The notes under the pieces were generated by a model. The model was given only the letters and a program-made list of their open reading frames with translations. It did no database searches and had not been told where the DNA came from. From Longimicrobiales bacterium (GTDB taxonomy: Bacteria; Gemmatimonadota; Gemmatimonadetes; Longimicrobiales; Gaopeijiaceae), in the NCBI GenBank assembly GCA_965249725.1, contig CBDFMQ010000002.1, positions 1,248,001-1,312,000 of the forward strand: DNA of 64,000 nt. Reading direction: 5' to 3'. A program made the position numbers and the translations under genes. Position 1 is the stretch's first letter. The number at the start of each line of letters is the position of its first letter. Shown here piece by piece: positions 37,534 through 47,267 of this stretch.

Positions 37534-38478
37534 ATGAGGTACACCATGAAGCACTCTATGAAGAGGCTGCGGTTCACATCGGCCTGGTTCGTGACGCTGC
37601 TCGCTCTCGCCACCTTTGCTGTCCTACCGACCCCGGGTCACGCCCAGGACGGGTTGAAGGTCCATATCTCCGTCGACATGGAGGGCGTGGTCGGCGCGGT
37701 GACCAGCGAGCAACTCGGGCCGGGGGGCTTCGAGTATCAGCGGTTCCGCGAGTTCATGACGAACGAGACCAATGCCGCCATCGAGGCCGCCCGCGCCGCG
37801 GGTGCGACCGAGATTGTGGTGGCCGACTCCCACGGTAACGGTCAGAACCTCCTCATCGACCGGCTGCCCAGCGACATCACGCTGGTCCGCTCGTGGCCGC
37901 GTCGATTGGGCATGATGCAGGGCATCGACGAGTCCTTCGACGCCGCCATCTTCCTGGCGTACCACTCGAGCACAACCAACCCGAGGGGCGTCCGGGCACA
38001 TACGATGTCCAGCGGGAACTACGCCGCGGTGACGATCAACGGAGTCGAAATGCCTGAGGCCGGAATCAATGCGGCCCTCGCGGGACACTTCGGGGGGCCC
38101 ATCGTCATGATCTCCGGCGATGACGCCATCGTCGAGGAGGCACAGACCCTGATCGGCCCCATGGAGGGAGGGATCGTGAAATGGAGCTATGGCTTCCATT
38201 CCGCCCGAACGCTCATGCCGGAGGCCGCGTACGCACTCATTGGTGAGAAGGTCACGAGGGGGATCGAGCGTATCGGCGAGTTGGAGCCGTATCGTTTCGA
38301 GGCTCCGCTCGAGGTGGAGTTGACCTTCAAGAGCTATATGCCCGCCGAGGTGCTGAGCTATTTGCCCAATGTCGAGCGGGTCGACGCACACACAGTGGGG
38401 TTCACGGCACAGGACATGGTCGAGGTGGTCACGTTCTTCCAGTTCATCGGCGAGTTCAACAGCTCCGCGACGCCGTAG
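37534..38478 (+). CDS. M55 D-aminopeptidase (DppA-like) with signal peptide
   Basis: ISVDMEG, ADSHG, AYH, AHT, PEA, ISGD; start could be 37534, 37546 or 37558. Confidence 0.9.
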   Translation: MRYTMKHSMKRLRFTSAWFVTLLALATFAVLPTPGHAQDGLKVHISVDMEGVVGAVTSEQLGPGGFEYQRFREFMTNETNAAIEAARAAGATEIVVADSHGNGQNLLIDRLPSDITLVRSWPRRLGMMQGIDESFDAAIFLAYHSSTTNPRGVRAHTMSSGNYAAVTINGVEMPEAGINAALAGHFGGPIVMISGDDAIVEEAQTLIGPMEGGIVKWSYGFHSARTLMPEAAYALIGEKVTRGIERIGELEPYRFEAPLEVELTFKSYMPAEVLSYLPNVERVDAHTVGFTAQDMVEVVTFFQFIGEFNSSATP

Positions 38479-38535
38479 GCGCGAAACGGATGTCCGGTCC
38501 GTGCGTCGCACGGGCCGGACGGCTCCGCCCGCGAA

Positions 38536-39264
38536 CTAGCGAGAGCCCAGGTACTCGCGCACGAACTGGTGATGGCTACGGGCTTCTTCGGGAGTGCCAA
38601 GCTGATGGGTGGTACCCGCCACCATCCAGGTGACCGTGTCGGCCAGAGCAAGGACATCCGTGACGTCGTGGCCTGTCACGACGACCGCGCACCCCTGCCC
38701 CGCAAGCTCGCGAAGGGCCCTCGCAACGGCGGCCCGGTCGGTCGGCGTGATCCCCGCGAAGGGTTCGTCGGCGAGAAGGCACGTCGGACGACGCAGCAAC
38801 GCGAGAGCCAACTCGGCACGCCGTCGTTCACCACCCGAAATCTGGAAACACCTCTGCCCAACGATGTGTGCGATGCCCACGCGCTCCGCGACCGAGAGGT
38901 GATCGCCAAAAGGATCACCACCGTGTCGGGGGGATTCAGGTCGAGCAGCTCGGGCGGCAGCCTTCAGATGTCCCTCTACGCTGTGCGCGGGAGACAACAG
39001 ATCACGCTCCGGAAGGTAGAACACGCCGAGGCGGGCCAGCCGATGGGGCGCCGGATTCTCGAAGGTGTGCCCACCCACCTTGACCACTCCGTAGTCGGGC
39101 CGCTTAAGACCGAACGCGCACTCGAGCAGCGTCGTCTTCCCGGATCCATTGCGTCCCAGCAGAGCAGTGACGCTGCCGGCGCTGCCCCACAAGCTCGCGC
39201 CCTTGAGTACCTCGAGGCGCCCGAAGCTCTTTCCCAGGGACTGAGCCGTGAAGACGTGACTCAC
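38536..39264 (-). CDS. ABC ATP-binding protein (LptB-like)
   Basis: GRNGSGKT, ISGGERRR, LADEPF, TGHD; GTG 39264 overlaps upstream stop. Confidence 0.88.
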   Translation of the reverse strand: MSHVFTAQSLGKSFGRLEVLKGASLWGSAGSVTALLGRNGSGKTTLLECAFGLKRPDYGVVKVGGHTFENPAPHRLARLGVFYLPERDLLSPAHSVEGHLKAAARAARPESPRHGGDPFGDHLSVAERVGIAHIVGQRCFQISGGERRRAELALALLRRPTCLLADEPFAGITPTDRAAVARALRELAGQGCAVVVTGHDVTDVLALADTVTWMVAGTTHQLGTPEEARSHHQFVREYLGSR

Positions 39265-39572
39265 CGGAAGAGAAGTACGACTTGGAGCAGTACTTCCGAT
39301 CCGGCCAGCACGAGCCAGCCTGAGAACCACATCCCCACGCGAGACACACCGAGGTTGGCGAGGAAGATCCGGTAGCGGAGTTGGCGGGCATCGACCATAA
39401 CGAGAATCGACCCGACCGTGATGACCCACACCACGGACGCCCAGGAGTTGGCCGGAAAGCCGTTGGCCCGAGCGATACCCAACGCCACGGCATGCAAGAA
39501 CGTCCAGACGGCGAGAGCGCTGACCCCGAGACGTAGGACAAAGCCTGGAGCCGCCCTCACATATCCCATCAA
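39261..39572 (-). CDS. Small 3-TM membrane protein
   Basis: Three hydrophobic segments, IFLANLGVS loop, coupled to the ABC ATPase. Confidence 0.65.
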   Translation of the reverse strand: MMGYVRAAPGFVLRLGVSALAVWTFLHAVALGIARANGFPANSWASVVWVITVGSILVMVDARQLRYRIFLANLGVSRVGMWFSGWLVLAGSEVLLQVVLLFR

Positions 39573-39612
39573 GGTCCGGAGCTCACGGGCACGAGGCGTC
39601 CCTGAGGAGCCC

Positions 39613-40497
39613 TCACGGCATCTTGAGTTCCACCAACTCGATCAGTTCACCTGACGGGCCGACTACGGTCGCCGCCCTACGCGTTCCGTAGGGCGCCTCC
39701 GAGTACGCACGGGGCGGCACCACCCAGGTCAGGTCATCCCGGTCGAGGGAATCGACATAGTAGGTGGCCATCGCCATCCCGGGGGGCAGCTCCCCCTCGA
39801 TCCGTGGCCGCTCGGTCGTCCTCGAGCTCGATCCGTCCAGCTCTTGGAGGCATCCGCCGGGAAGCATGATGACGTGGAGCCGGTTGTCTCCTCCCCCCAT
39901 CCTGAAGGGAGAGGTACCCGGCACTCGAAAAAGGTCCTCATAGAAAATCTGTGATGCCCGGGGGTCACGGGTCGTGACCAGAGTCATGATCACCTGGTCC
40001 ACGAACGACTTCGCCCTCGCGAACGGCATGTTGGGTACGTCGCCGTCGAGCTGCGTCAGATACAAGGCTTCGCCGTCGGGCCCAACAACGCGGAAGTTGA
40101 TGATGTCCTGCGAGAAATCGAGCTGAATCTCGCGCATGCCCGACTGCTGGACGAAAGGGCTGCCTCTGAGGGCATGCGACAGGGTATAGGTGTCTTGAAC
40201 AATGATCTCCGCGGTCGACCACCCATAGGACCGAAGCGGTTCGAAGCCCTGGGTCGGCGGGGCCTCGACCACTCGCAGATAGGTTCTCGCCCCCGACTCG
40301 GGTCCCAGGAGGATGTATGGCCGCCCCGCCACGTTTGGCGTGCCCCAACTCTCTGCCAGTTCCGCTGAGATCTCACCCTCGGCCCGAACTTCATAGCTGA
40401 GATGCGTTTCGTAACGAACCCGCACCGCGTCGAGGTCGGGCGAGGTGAACGTCATCATGGCGATCGGACATATCGCAGCTACGACTTCGGTTAGCAT
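39613..40497 (-). CDS. VOC/glyoxalase-like protein
   Basis: Two VOC-like halves ending VVGPDGEALYL and VVGPSGELIELVE. Confidence 0.75.
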   Translation of the reverse strand: MLTEVVAAICPIAMMTFTSPDLDAVRVRYETHLSYEVRAEGEISAELAESWGTPNVAGRPYILLGPESGARTYLRVVEAPPTQGFEPLRSYGWSTAEIIVQDTYTLSHALRGSPFVQQSGMREIQLDFSQDIINFRVVGPDGEALYLTQLDGDVPNMPFARAKSFVDQVIMTLVTTRDPRASQIFYEDLFRVPGTSPFRMGGGDNRLHVIMLPGGCLQELDGSSSRTTERPRIEGELPPGMAMATYYVDSLDRDDLTWVVPPRAYSEAPYGTRRAATVVGPSGELIELVELKMP

Positions 40498-40502
40498 GGT
40501 TC

Positions 40503-40814
40503 CTATCCCTCCGGGTGATCCTCATTTAGGCCCACCTGGGCGTCCTCCGCGTCTCCGTCGGCTTCCGAGCCCTGCTCATCGTCCGCCAACATCCCCGCGT
40601 CGGCCAGTACCTTCCGCGCTCGCGCCTCGTCCTCCACCCGCACCACAACGCGCGCAGGGTTCACGAACGCCAGGCCTACGTCCATGCCTCCAGCATCGTC
40701 GATGAAGAGCGCCGAAGGCACGTCAGCGTCCTCGAGGTACCCGTGGGCGAGTTCCGCCTGGTGTCGGTAGTGGAAACGCGCCACGACCGTCGTGGGGACT
40801 CTGGCCCGACTCAT
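40503..40814 (-). CDS. DUF2007-like putative signal-transducing protein
   Basis: AELAHGYLEDADVP...ARVVVRVEDEARARKVL. Confidence 0.78.
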   Translation of the reverse strand: MSRARVPTTVVARFHYRHQAELAHGYLEDADVPSALFIDDAGGMDVGLAFVNPARVVVRVEDEARARKVLADAGMLADDEQGSEADGDAEDAQVGLNEDHPEG

Positions 40815-40859
40815 GGAGTCACGGGAGCCTTCGACACCGATGCCGGCGCCAACGTGCCT

Positions 40860-41975
40860 CTACCCCGGGAAGAGCGATTCATCGATCGCCGGTACCAGCC
40901 GGACAGCGTTCTGGTAGTAGATCTTCCTGAGCACGTCCTCCGGTAGGTCCAGGCCATACATCTGCCAGAACGCGTGGTATTTCCGGTAATAGTCGAAGTA
41001 ATCGTCGTCCGTTTCGAATACCTGGAAGTAGGTGTAGAACTCCTCCTGGTTGTAGGAGTCCTTCCCCATCAGGACTCGGTCCTGGTACTGCCCGAGCCAC
41101 TTGGCACCGAAGCGAGGCTGCCGGCCGAGCTCGTAGATCACGGCGCCCAGGCCGACGTTCATGTTCGGAATCTCGTCGAGCAGCGCCCCGAGGCGCCCCA
41201 GATCGTGGCCAAGCCAACTCATGTGCGCCGAGATGAACGTCGTGTTCGAGTGTCGCCGAAACATGTCGTGCTGCTCACCGATGATCGTCTCGAACGGCGC
41301 GCTCTTCCCCGGAGGCTGAATTCGACCGGGACGAAGCTTGAGTTCGAGCCACCGCTCGTTGAACCGATCGTGAGGCTGCCAAAACTCCGCCGGATCGGCT
41401 GAGTGAATCAGCACCGGGATGCCCAACTCACCCGCCTTGTCCCATACGGGCTCCAGGCGCGGATCGTCAACGGGAATTCTCTTCCCGTCCGTATCGAGAG
41501 CCGAGAGACCGAGGTTCTTGAAGATCTTGAGTCCGGCGGCACCATTCCGGACGTCTTGCTCGAGCTGTGCCGCGGCTCGGTCACCCCACCCGGGCTCTCC
41601 GACGCCCTGGAAGCTCACGTTGGCGAAGAACACGAACCGGCCGGCGTGGCCCTGTGTCATATTCTCGAGCCCCGAAACCAAGGCGTCACCGCTTCCCCCG
41701 GAGAGGTTCACCATGACGGCCATGTTGAGCTCGTCCATCTCGGCCACGAGCCCAGCTACATCAGCGGCCGACATGCGGGTCGCCCTCTGATGACCGTGGA
41801 TGTCCACGAACGGAAAGCGAGCCCGGGTGAGCGGATGTTCAGAGACGACCAGCGTCTTGCGGGGCTCATACTCCTCGATGGTCGGATCTTGGGCCGCCAA
41901 CTGTGAAAGCCCCCCGAACACCGGTATCGAGGTGAGGGCGAGAAGCACCGCGAGTACAGAAGTGTTGAACCGCAT
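40860..41975 (-). CDS. Secreted amidohydrolase-family protein
   Basis: Signal peptide from ATG 41975, DIHGH, GLKIFK, LIHSADP, AH, GKD. Confidence 0.88.
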   Translation of the reverse strand: MRFNTSVLAVLLALTSIPVFGGLSQLAAQDPTIEEYEPRKTLVVSEHPLTRARFPFVDIHGHQRATRMSAADVAGLVAEMDELNMAVMVNLSGGSGDALVSGLENMTQGHAGRFVFFANVSFQGVGEPGWGDRAAAQLEQDVRNGAAGLKIFKNLGLSALDTDGKRIPVDDPRLEPVWDKAGELGIPVLIHSADPAEFWQPHDRFNERWLELKLRPGRIQPPGKSAPFETIIGEQHDMFRRHSNTTFISAHMSWLGHDLGRLGALLDEIPNMNVGLGAVIYELGRQPRFGAKWLGQYQDRVLMGKDSYNQEEFYTYFQVFETDDDYFDYYRKYHAFWQMYGLDLPEDVLRKIYYQNAVRLVPAIDESLFPG

Positions 41976-42112
41976 TCGTCTTACTCCGTGGTCAGGCTCC
42001 GTCCATGCCGGCTCCGCAGATCGCAGCCGTCCGATATCATGCGATGCACAGTGGGACCCCGCACCTACCCCGACAGTTTCTCGTCGATGCGTCTTCGGGC
42101 CGGCGCCTGCGG

Positions 42113-43012
42113 TCAGGGGGGAGCGGTATCGCCGTCCCAAACCAAGTGGTGGATCCCGTTTCTTCCGAATCTCTTCACCGCGTACATCGCCTCGTCGGCG
42201 ATACGCAGCGCGTCACGACTCGTCTCTACCGCCACCTCGAAGGTCACGACCCCGATGCTGAACGTCACCGGCCACCCGCCCTTCTTCATGGCCAGAACCA
42301 GGTTTCGTTCGAGCTTCTCCAGGACGGCGCTGGACGGTCCGCCGGTGGTTTCCGGCAGGAGTGCTGCGAACTCGTCGCCACCGAGACGCCCCAGGATGTC
42401 GGTCTGGCGGGTGCTGGATCGCAGCGTGTCCGAGACCCGCGTCAGGACTTCGTCACCGGCGTCGTGGCCCTCGAGGTCGTTGACCGCCTTGAAATGATCC
42501 AGATCGATGTAGGCCAAGGTGAACGCTCGCCCGTAGCGGGACGATCGAGCTAACTCGGCGTCGAGCCGGGCTATGAAGGACCCCCGATTGAGCAGTTGGG
42601 TGAGCGCGTCGGTGGCGGCGAAGCTGGCTTCTTCCCTGAGTCGTCCCCTGAGTGCAGCCGCCAGCCAGGCCACCACGACCAACAGAAGGGCCAGGGACGC
42701 GACGTTCCAGACGATCAGTCCGGGGTCTTGCGTTCCACCCGTCAGTAGCGGCACTCCCACGAGCGTGAGAGCCGCGAGAACGGCGAGGGCATAGGCGATG
42801 CCCGAACGAGCCAACCACGCGGCCAGAGCGATCGGTCCGGCGTAAAGGGGCAGCAGCGACAGCGTCGGGCCCACCAAGAAGTCCAGGATTCCGAGCAAGA
42901 CCACGAGACCGACACCGATCCGACCTACCGTGCGTTCTGGCCAGCCCTCGATAGACTCCCGGACTCTACTCGTAAGGGCCCTGAAGGGACCTAGAGATTG
43001 TCCCTCAGCCAC
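42113..43012 (-). CDS. Membrane-anchored GGDEF diguanylate cyclase
   Basis: About 4 TM, TDALTQLLNR, DLDHFKAVND, RQTD I-site, RLGGDEF. Confidence 0.93.
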   Translation of the reverse strand: MAEGQSLGPFRALTSRVRESIEGWPERTVGRIGVGLVVLLGILDFLVGPTLSLLPLYAGPIALAAWLARSGIAYALAVLAALTLVGVPLLTGGTQDPGLIVWNVASLALLLVVVAWLAAALRGRLREEASFAATDALTQLLNRGSFIARLDAELARSSRYGRAFTLAYIDLDHFKAVNDLEGHDAGDEVLTRVSDTLRSSTRQTDILGRLGGDEFAALLPETTGGPSSAVLEKLERNLVLAMKKGGWPVTFSIGVVTFEVAVETSRDALRIADEAMYAVKRFGRNGIHHLVWDGDTAPP

Positions 43013-43257
43013 TGGTTCTCACACCGGACGTCCTGCCAGGCTGCTTCTCGGTTGGACTCGAGTACGAAGATCCCGTCGTCGGGGTCGAGAAGCTCCCAGA
43101 GCTTGTCTCGGATATCAGCAGCGGAGTCATCCGTGACGACCGCCCAGGCATGCTCGAGGATCTGCGCATTGGCAGGATACGATTTGAGCTCGGTGAAGAA
43201 GTTGATGTAGGCCGCTCGGGGTTGTTTGAGCTCATATGAAATGATGTAGCACCGCAT
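42991..43257 (-). CDS. Small Cas2/VapD-like ferredoxin-fold protein
   Basis: MRCYIISYEL...AW...IRDKL...LDPDDGIFV...AAW...WLRDNL. Confidence 0.65.
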   Translation of the reverse strand: MRCYIISYELKQPRAAYINFFTELKSYPANAQILEHAWAVVTDDSAADIRDKLWELLDPDDGIFVLESNREAAWQDVRCENQWLRDNL

Positions 43258-43357
43258 GCGTGACCCTTACCACTCCGTCCGATGAGAGGCACCCAATCCG
43301 ACGGTGTACGCCGGACGGCACCGGAATCGCCAACCCGCCCACAGGCTCCACAAGATC

Positions 43358-43831
43358 CTACGGAGATCCGAGCTTCGCCAGCCCGGCCATTTCGCGGGCG
43401 AGAAGGTGGACCTCGGTGAGTTTCCAATGGGCTCGGATACAAACTACAGCAACCAGCATCAGAGCCAACGCCACGACCAACCCGCCGCCGCTCAACTGGC
43501 TGGGGGAACGCACCAACTGCAGGCCCCTGGTCACCACGACATAGCCACCGAACAGATAAGGGACGAAGCTGCCCACATCGATCAGGCCGGACCATGGACT
43601 TCTCGTCTCCATCACCCGCTTCACGGCTTGGGTACCGTAGGCGACCGTGGCCGCAGCCGACAATAGCGCTCCCAGGAACACGATCATGTAGTCGGCACTG
43701 CCAAACCCGAGCCGAACACTCTGGACCAAACCGTAGACGGCGAGCAGCGCCAGCGACGGGAGCGCGCGCCCGATCCTGGCGGCGGCCAGACGCTCGACGG
43801 CTCGAACGACTTCGGCACCCGCCTGGCTCAT
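43358..43831 (-). CDS. Hypothetical membrane protein (about 4 TM)
   Basis: RBS AGGAG + ATG 43831, four hydrophobic segments. Confidence 0.65.
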   Translation of the reverse strand: MSQAGAEVVRAVERLAAARIGRALPSLALLAVYGLVQSVRLGFGSADYMIVFLGALLSAAATVAYGTQAVKRVMETRSPWSGLIDVGSFVPYLFGGYVVVTRGLQLVRSPSQLSGGGLVVALALMLVAVVCIRAHWKLTEVHLLAREMAGLAKLGSP

Positions 43832-44058
43832 ATCTGCTCCTGAATTCCCCATTCTGAATGATCGTCCCAAGCAGAATGGTGCGCCAGAGAACCGGTGGTG
43901 GGCGGCCTGGCGCATTCGCACCGCGGGAACGGATCGGCCGCCCACGGGGTCTTGCTGCTGGGAGATTCGACCGCGTTTCGGCGTGGCGCTATAGTTGGAT
44001 GGTTGGGTGGTAGAATCGTGGGCCCTTTAGGGGACTCACGTTGGTCGGGGGGAATTCG

Positions 44059-45153
44059 TTGTTCACACGCTGCATCTTTTGTCATTCGCCCTTCCCCGAG
44101 AACGGGGTCTTCGGGCGACTGCCTCCGGGACGCCGCCTGGCGTTCGACCCCGGACGAGGCCGACTCTGGGTCGTCTGCTCCGGTTGCCACCGCTGGAACC
44201 TCTGTCCCATCGAGCAGCGCTGGGAGGCACTTCACCAACTCGAGCGCATGGTGCGCGACAAATCCCAACTGGTCGCGGAAAGGGACAACATCGTACTGCT
44301 ATCGGCTGGAGAGCTCTTCCTGATCCGAGTGGGCAAGGCCGGGCTCGCCGAGCAGGCGTGGTGGAGATATGGTCGGGAGCTCAACGCACGACGAACCCGA
44401 TTCCAGGGCACCCGTTCTCAAATCACGGCCTATACGTTCGGCGCCATGGCTTACCTCTCGGACATGGTCGGGCTGGGTGACGAGGATCTGAAGATCGGCT
44501 GGGACGACACCCCCGCCGTGGACATCCTCCGGTGGCGCCGGTTCGGGTGGGCAGCCTGGCACGGGAGCGTCGATTGTCCGTACTGCAACAGCTCGCTGAA
44601 AGCCCTTCGATACGACCTCTCGTGGTGGGTCTACCCTTGCGTCGACCCGGCGACCGGGAATGCCACTGTAGAGGTTCCGTGCCCCCGGTGTGACCCGTGG
44701 AACCCCGAGAAGGTCTATCGCATCGACGGGCCCGACGCTCAGAACGTCCTGCGACGGGTGCTGGCCTACCAGCACATCGCCGGTGCAGCGGAGACCACCA
44801 TCAAGGACGCGGCCCATCTCATCGAGAGTGAAGGGTCACCCGAGGCCTTCGAGATGCGGGTAAGCCGGGAGCGGAAGTCGCTGTGGGGGATGGGTAGACC
44901 GCAGTCCATCGCCTTCGAAATCGCGCTCAACGACAGTGTGGAGCGACGCATGATGGAGCTCGAGCTGAAGTCGCTCGAGTTCATGTGGAAGCGGGAAGAG
45001 GAACTGGCCCGCATCATCGATGAAGAGCTGACACCGGAGGATGTTCGAGACCGACACCCCAGGCGGCTGCCCGTCACGGTGGCGGCTAAGAGGCACACCA
45101 GCGAAGACGTGGGCAGGCTACTCGATGGCGCAAGCGGTGGATCCGGAGACTGA
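44059..45153 (+). CDS. Hypothetical protein with four CxxC pairs (two putative zinc ribbons)
   Basis: CIFC, CSGC, CPYC, CPRC; likely TTG start 44059. Confidence 0.75.
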   Translation: MFTRCIFCHSPFPENGVFGRLPPGRRLAFDPGRGRLWVVCSGCHRWNLCPIEQRWEALHQLERMVRDKSQLVAERDNIVLLSAGELFLIRVGKAGLAEQAWWRYGRELNARRTRFQGTRSQITAYTFGAMAYLSDMVGLGDEDLKIGWDDTPAVDILRWRRFGWAAWHGSVDCPYCNSSLKALRYDLSWWVYPCVDPATGNATVEVPCPRCDPWNPEKVYRIDGPDAQNVLRRVLAYQHIAGAAETTIKDAAHLIESEGSPEAFEMRVSRERKSLWGMGRPQSIAFEIALNDSVERRMMELELKSLEFMWKREEELARIIDEELTPEDVRDRHPRRLPVTVAAKRHTSEDVGRLLDGASGGSGD

Positions 45154-45182
45154 TGTCTCGAGCAACTGATCGCTACGGGGCG

Positions 45183-46454
45183 TCACCCCTCCGTAGGCGA
45201 TCCCTCCAACAGACCTTCCAGCGCCAACTCCTCGGCTCCGTTCTCCGTACAGATGGCGTAGTGGCTCTCCCGGGACCCGTACATGGCCACGCCCGCGTAC
45301 TCGCCCTTCTTGTTCAGGACGAAGAAGCGAACATCGAAGGCCGGTAGGCCCCGGCTGTTCAGGAGCCTCTCTTCGACGGTGTTGTCCCTGATGCGCCTCA
45401 GGGCCACCATGCCAGCGTCCTTTGGGCTCATGCCGTTCCGCATGCTCTCGACGATCAAGAACGACGCCAGATTGAACAGGTTGGCCTCTCCCCGCCCGGT
45501 GGATCCCGCTGCCCCGACGGCTCCGTCCACATAGAACCCCGCCCCGAGGATCGGCGAATCACCTGCCCGGCCGGGGATCTTCCAGGACAGACCCGACGTC
45601 GTGGTGACACCACAGATCTCTCCCTGCGGTGAAATCCCGTTCGAAGTCGTGGTGCCCCAGAAGCTGTCTGCAGAGATGAGCCCCTCTCGGACCATCTCGA
45701 GCCCGGCCTCGTAGAAGGCGCGTGAGCGGGCCCTCTCATCCTCGGGCGACCGGGCCGCCGACCGGAGGCCGGCTCCGCCCGAGGACTCGGACCCAAACGC
45801 GGCTTCCTCGCCTCGTCCCGCCCCTCCACCACGGGGGCCTCGCTGCTCGGGGTCGAGGAAGTGCGAGGGATCGATTCGACGCTTCCAGTTCAGCCATAGC
45901 GACCGCGACTTCTCGGTATTCAGATCGTCTTCGATCGTCATTCCCAGCTGGCGCGCGAATTCACGTGCCCCATGCCCGACGAGCAGGTGGTGGTCCGTGA
46001 GTTCCATCACCGCCTTGGCGACCAGCGATGGTGTCCGAACCCCCTCGATGGCAGCTACGCCACCCGCCCACTTCTTGGGCCCATGCATACAGCAGGAGTC
46101 CAACTGAACCACGCCGTCCGCGTTGGGAAGCCCCCCGTAGCCGATCCCGGACTCCTCGGGATCCAACTCGGGGATGTTGACCCCCGCGATGAGCGCATCG
46201 AGCACGTCCTCCCCGCGAGTGATCCCCTCGAAGGCCCGCTCGACGCTGCTCTGTGGGCCGCCGTTCTTGTACCGAATGCCGCTGAGGTCGGATACGACCA
46301 CCGGACGGATCAACTGAGGAGTGTGTACGACCGGCGCCTCGACAACGGGTCGCGCGGTGATCGTCTCTTGTGCAGCGGCCGGAACGGCGGCGCCCGCCGC
46401 AACTCCGAGAGTCGCGGTCTGGACGAATTGTCGACGGTTCATGCGCTCCGACAT
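45183..46454 (-). CDS. N(4)-(beta-N-acetylglucosaminyl)-L-asparaginase (Ntn hydrolase), Tat-exported
   Basis: MNRRQF Tat signal, GYGGLPN, QLD, GTT nucleophile region, TTSGL, PGRAGDSPILGAG. Confidence 0.88.
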   Translation of the reverse strand: MSERMNRRQFVQTATLGVAAGAAVPAAAQETITARPVVEAPVVHTPQLIRPVVVSDLSGIRYKNGGPQSSVERAFEGITRGEDVLDALIAGVNIPELDPEESGIGYGGLPNADGVVQLDSCCMHGPKKWAGGVAAIEGVRTPSLVAKAVMELTDHHLLVGHGAREFARQLGMTIEDDLNTEKSRSLWLNWKRRIDPSHFLDPEQRGPRGGGAGRGEEAAFGSESSGGAGLRSAARSPEDERARSRAFYEAGLEMVREGLISADSFWGTTTSNGISPQGEICGVTTTSGLSWKIPGRAGDSPILGAGFYVDGAVGAAGSTGRGEANLFNLASFLIVESMRNGMSPKDAGMVALRRIRDNTVEERLLNSRGLPAFDVRFFVLNKKGEYAGVAMYGSRESHYAICTENGAEELALEGLLEGSPTEG

Positions 46455-46503
46455 GTGTTGCTCTCTCTGCTGTGGTATCGAAAACCTCGGGTCGGCCCGT
46501 ACC

Positions 46504-47202
46504 TCACACATCCATCTCGGAGAGACTACTGGCCCGCTCCCAGATCGCGTCGAACATTGGCTCCGTGAGCCTTCCCGTAAACGTGTTTTGCTGGCTTGGA
46601 TGGTACGAGCCGAGCACGGTGATGTCACCGACGCCGACCTCGACCCCGTGAGTGAACTTCGGGCGCGGACGTGGTACGGCCCCTCCGCGGGCCGCCAGGA
46701 TCCGCAGGACCTGGGCGAACGCGAATCCCCCCAGGGTCACGATGACCCGGACATCGGCGAAGACGTCCAACTCCCGCTCCAAGAAGGGGCGGCACGCGTC
46801 CCGCTCCTCTGGTGTGGGGCGATTGTCCGGTGGTGCGCACCGAACCGCCGCGGTGAGGTAGGCCCCAGAGAGCGTCAGCCCGTCGTCGGCAGTGCGGCCC
46901 TCCGGGCGGCTCGCGAATCCCGCACGGTGGAGCGCCCGAAACAACCAGTCTCCGGAGCGGTCTCCGGTGAACATCCGACCCGTGCGGTTGGCTCCGTGGG
47001 CCGCGGGGGCCAGCCCCACGATGAGTACCGGGGCCGCGGGATCGCCGAAGGACGGCACCGGCCGGCCCCAGTACTCCTCTTCGGCGTAGGCGGCCCGTTT
47101 CGTCCTGGCCACTTCCTGCCGCCATTGAACCAAACGGGGGCACCTGACGCATCCGGTGACTTCAGCATTCAGCGCTGAAAGATGGGCCGCGCCCTCAGGC
47201 AT
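46504..47202 (-). CDS. udgB: Uracil-DNA glycosylase, family 5
   Basis: CxxC, GLAPAAHGANRTGRMFTGD, RCAPP, HPSQQN. Confidence 0.92.
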   Translation of the reverse strand: MPEGAAHLSALNAEVTGCVRCPRLVQWRQEVARTKRAAYAEEEYWGRPVPSFGDPAAPVLIVGLAPAAHGANRTGRMFTGDRSGDWLFRALHRAGFASRPEGRTADDGLTLSGAYLTAAVRCAPPDNRPTPEERDACRPFLERELDVFADVRVIVTLGGFAFAQVLRILAARGGAVPRPRPKFTHGVEVGVGDITVLGSYHPSQQNTFTGRLTEPMFDAIWERASSLSEMDV

Positions 47203-47267
47203 GGTCGGGACCACCCCCTCGTGCGCGACCCATTGGAGTCCTTCCGCAGATGCCTGGTGGCCGTGTC

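Noticed and set aside
38536..39264. lptB
   Set aside because: H-loop TGHD rather than TDHN, and no lptA/lptC/rpoN context
42991..43257. Genuine CRISPR cas2 / defence island
   Set aside because: No cas1, other cas genes or array; kept only as Cas2/VapD-like
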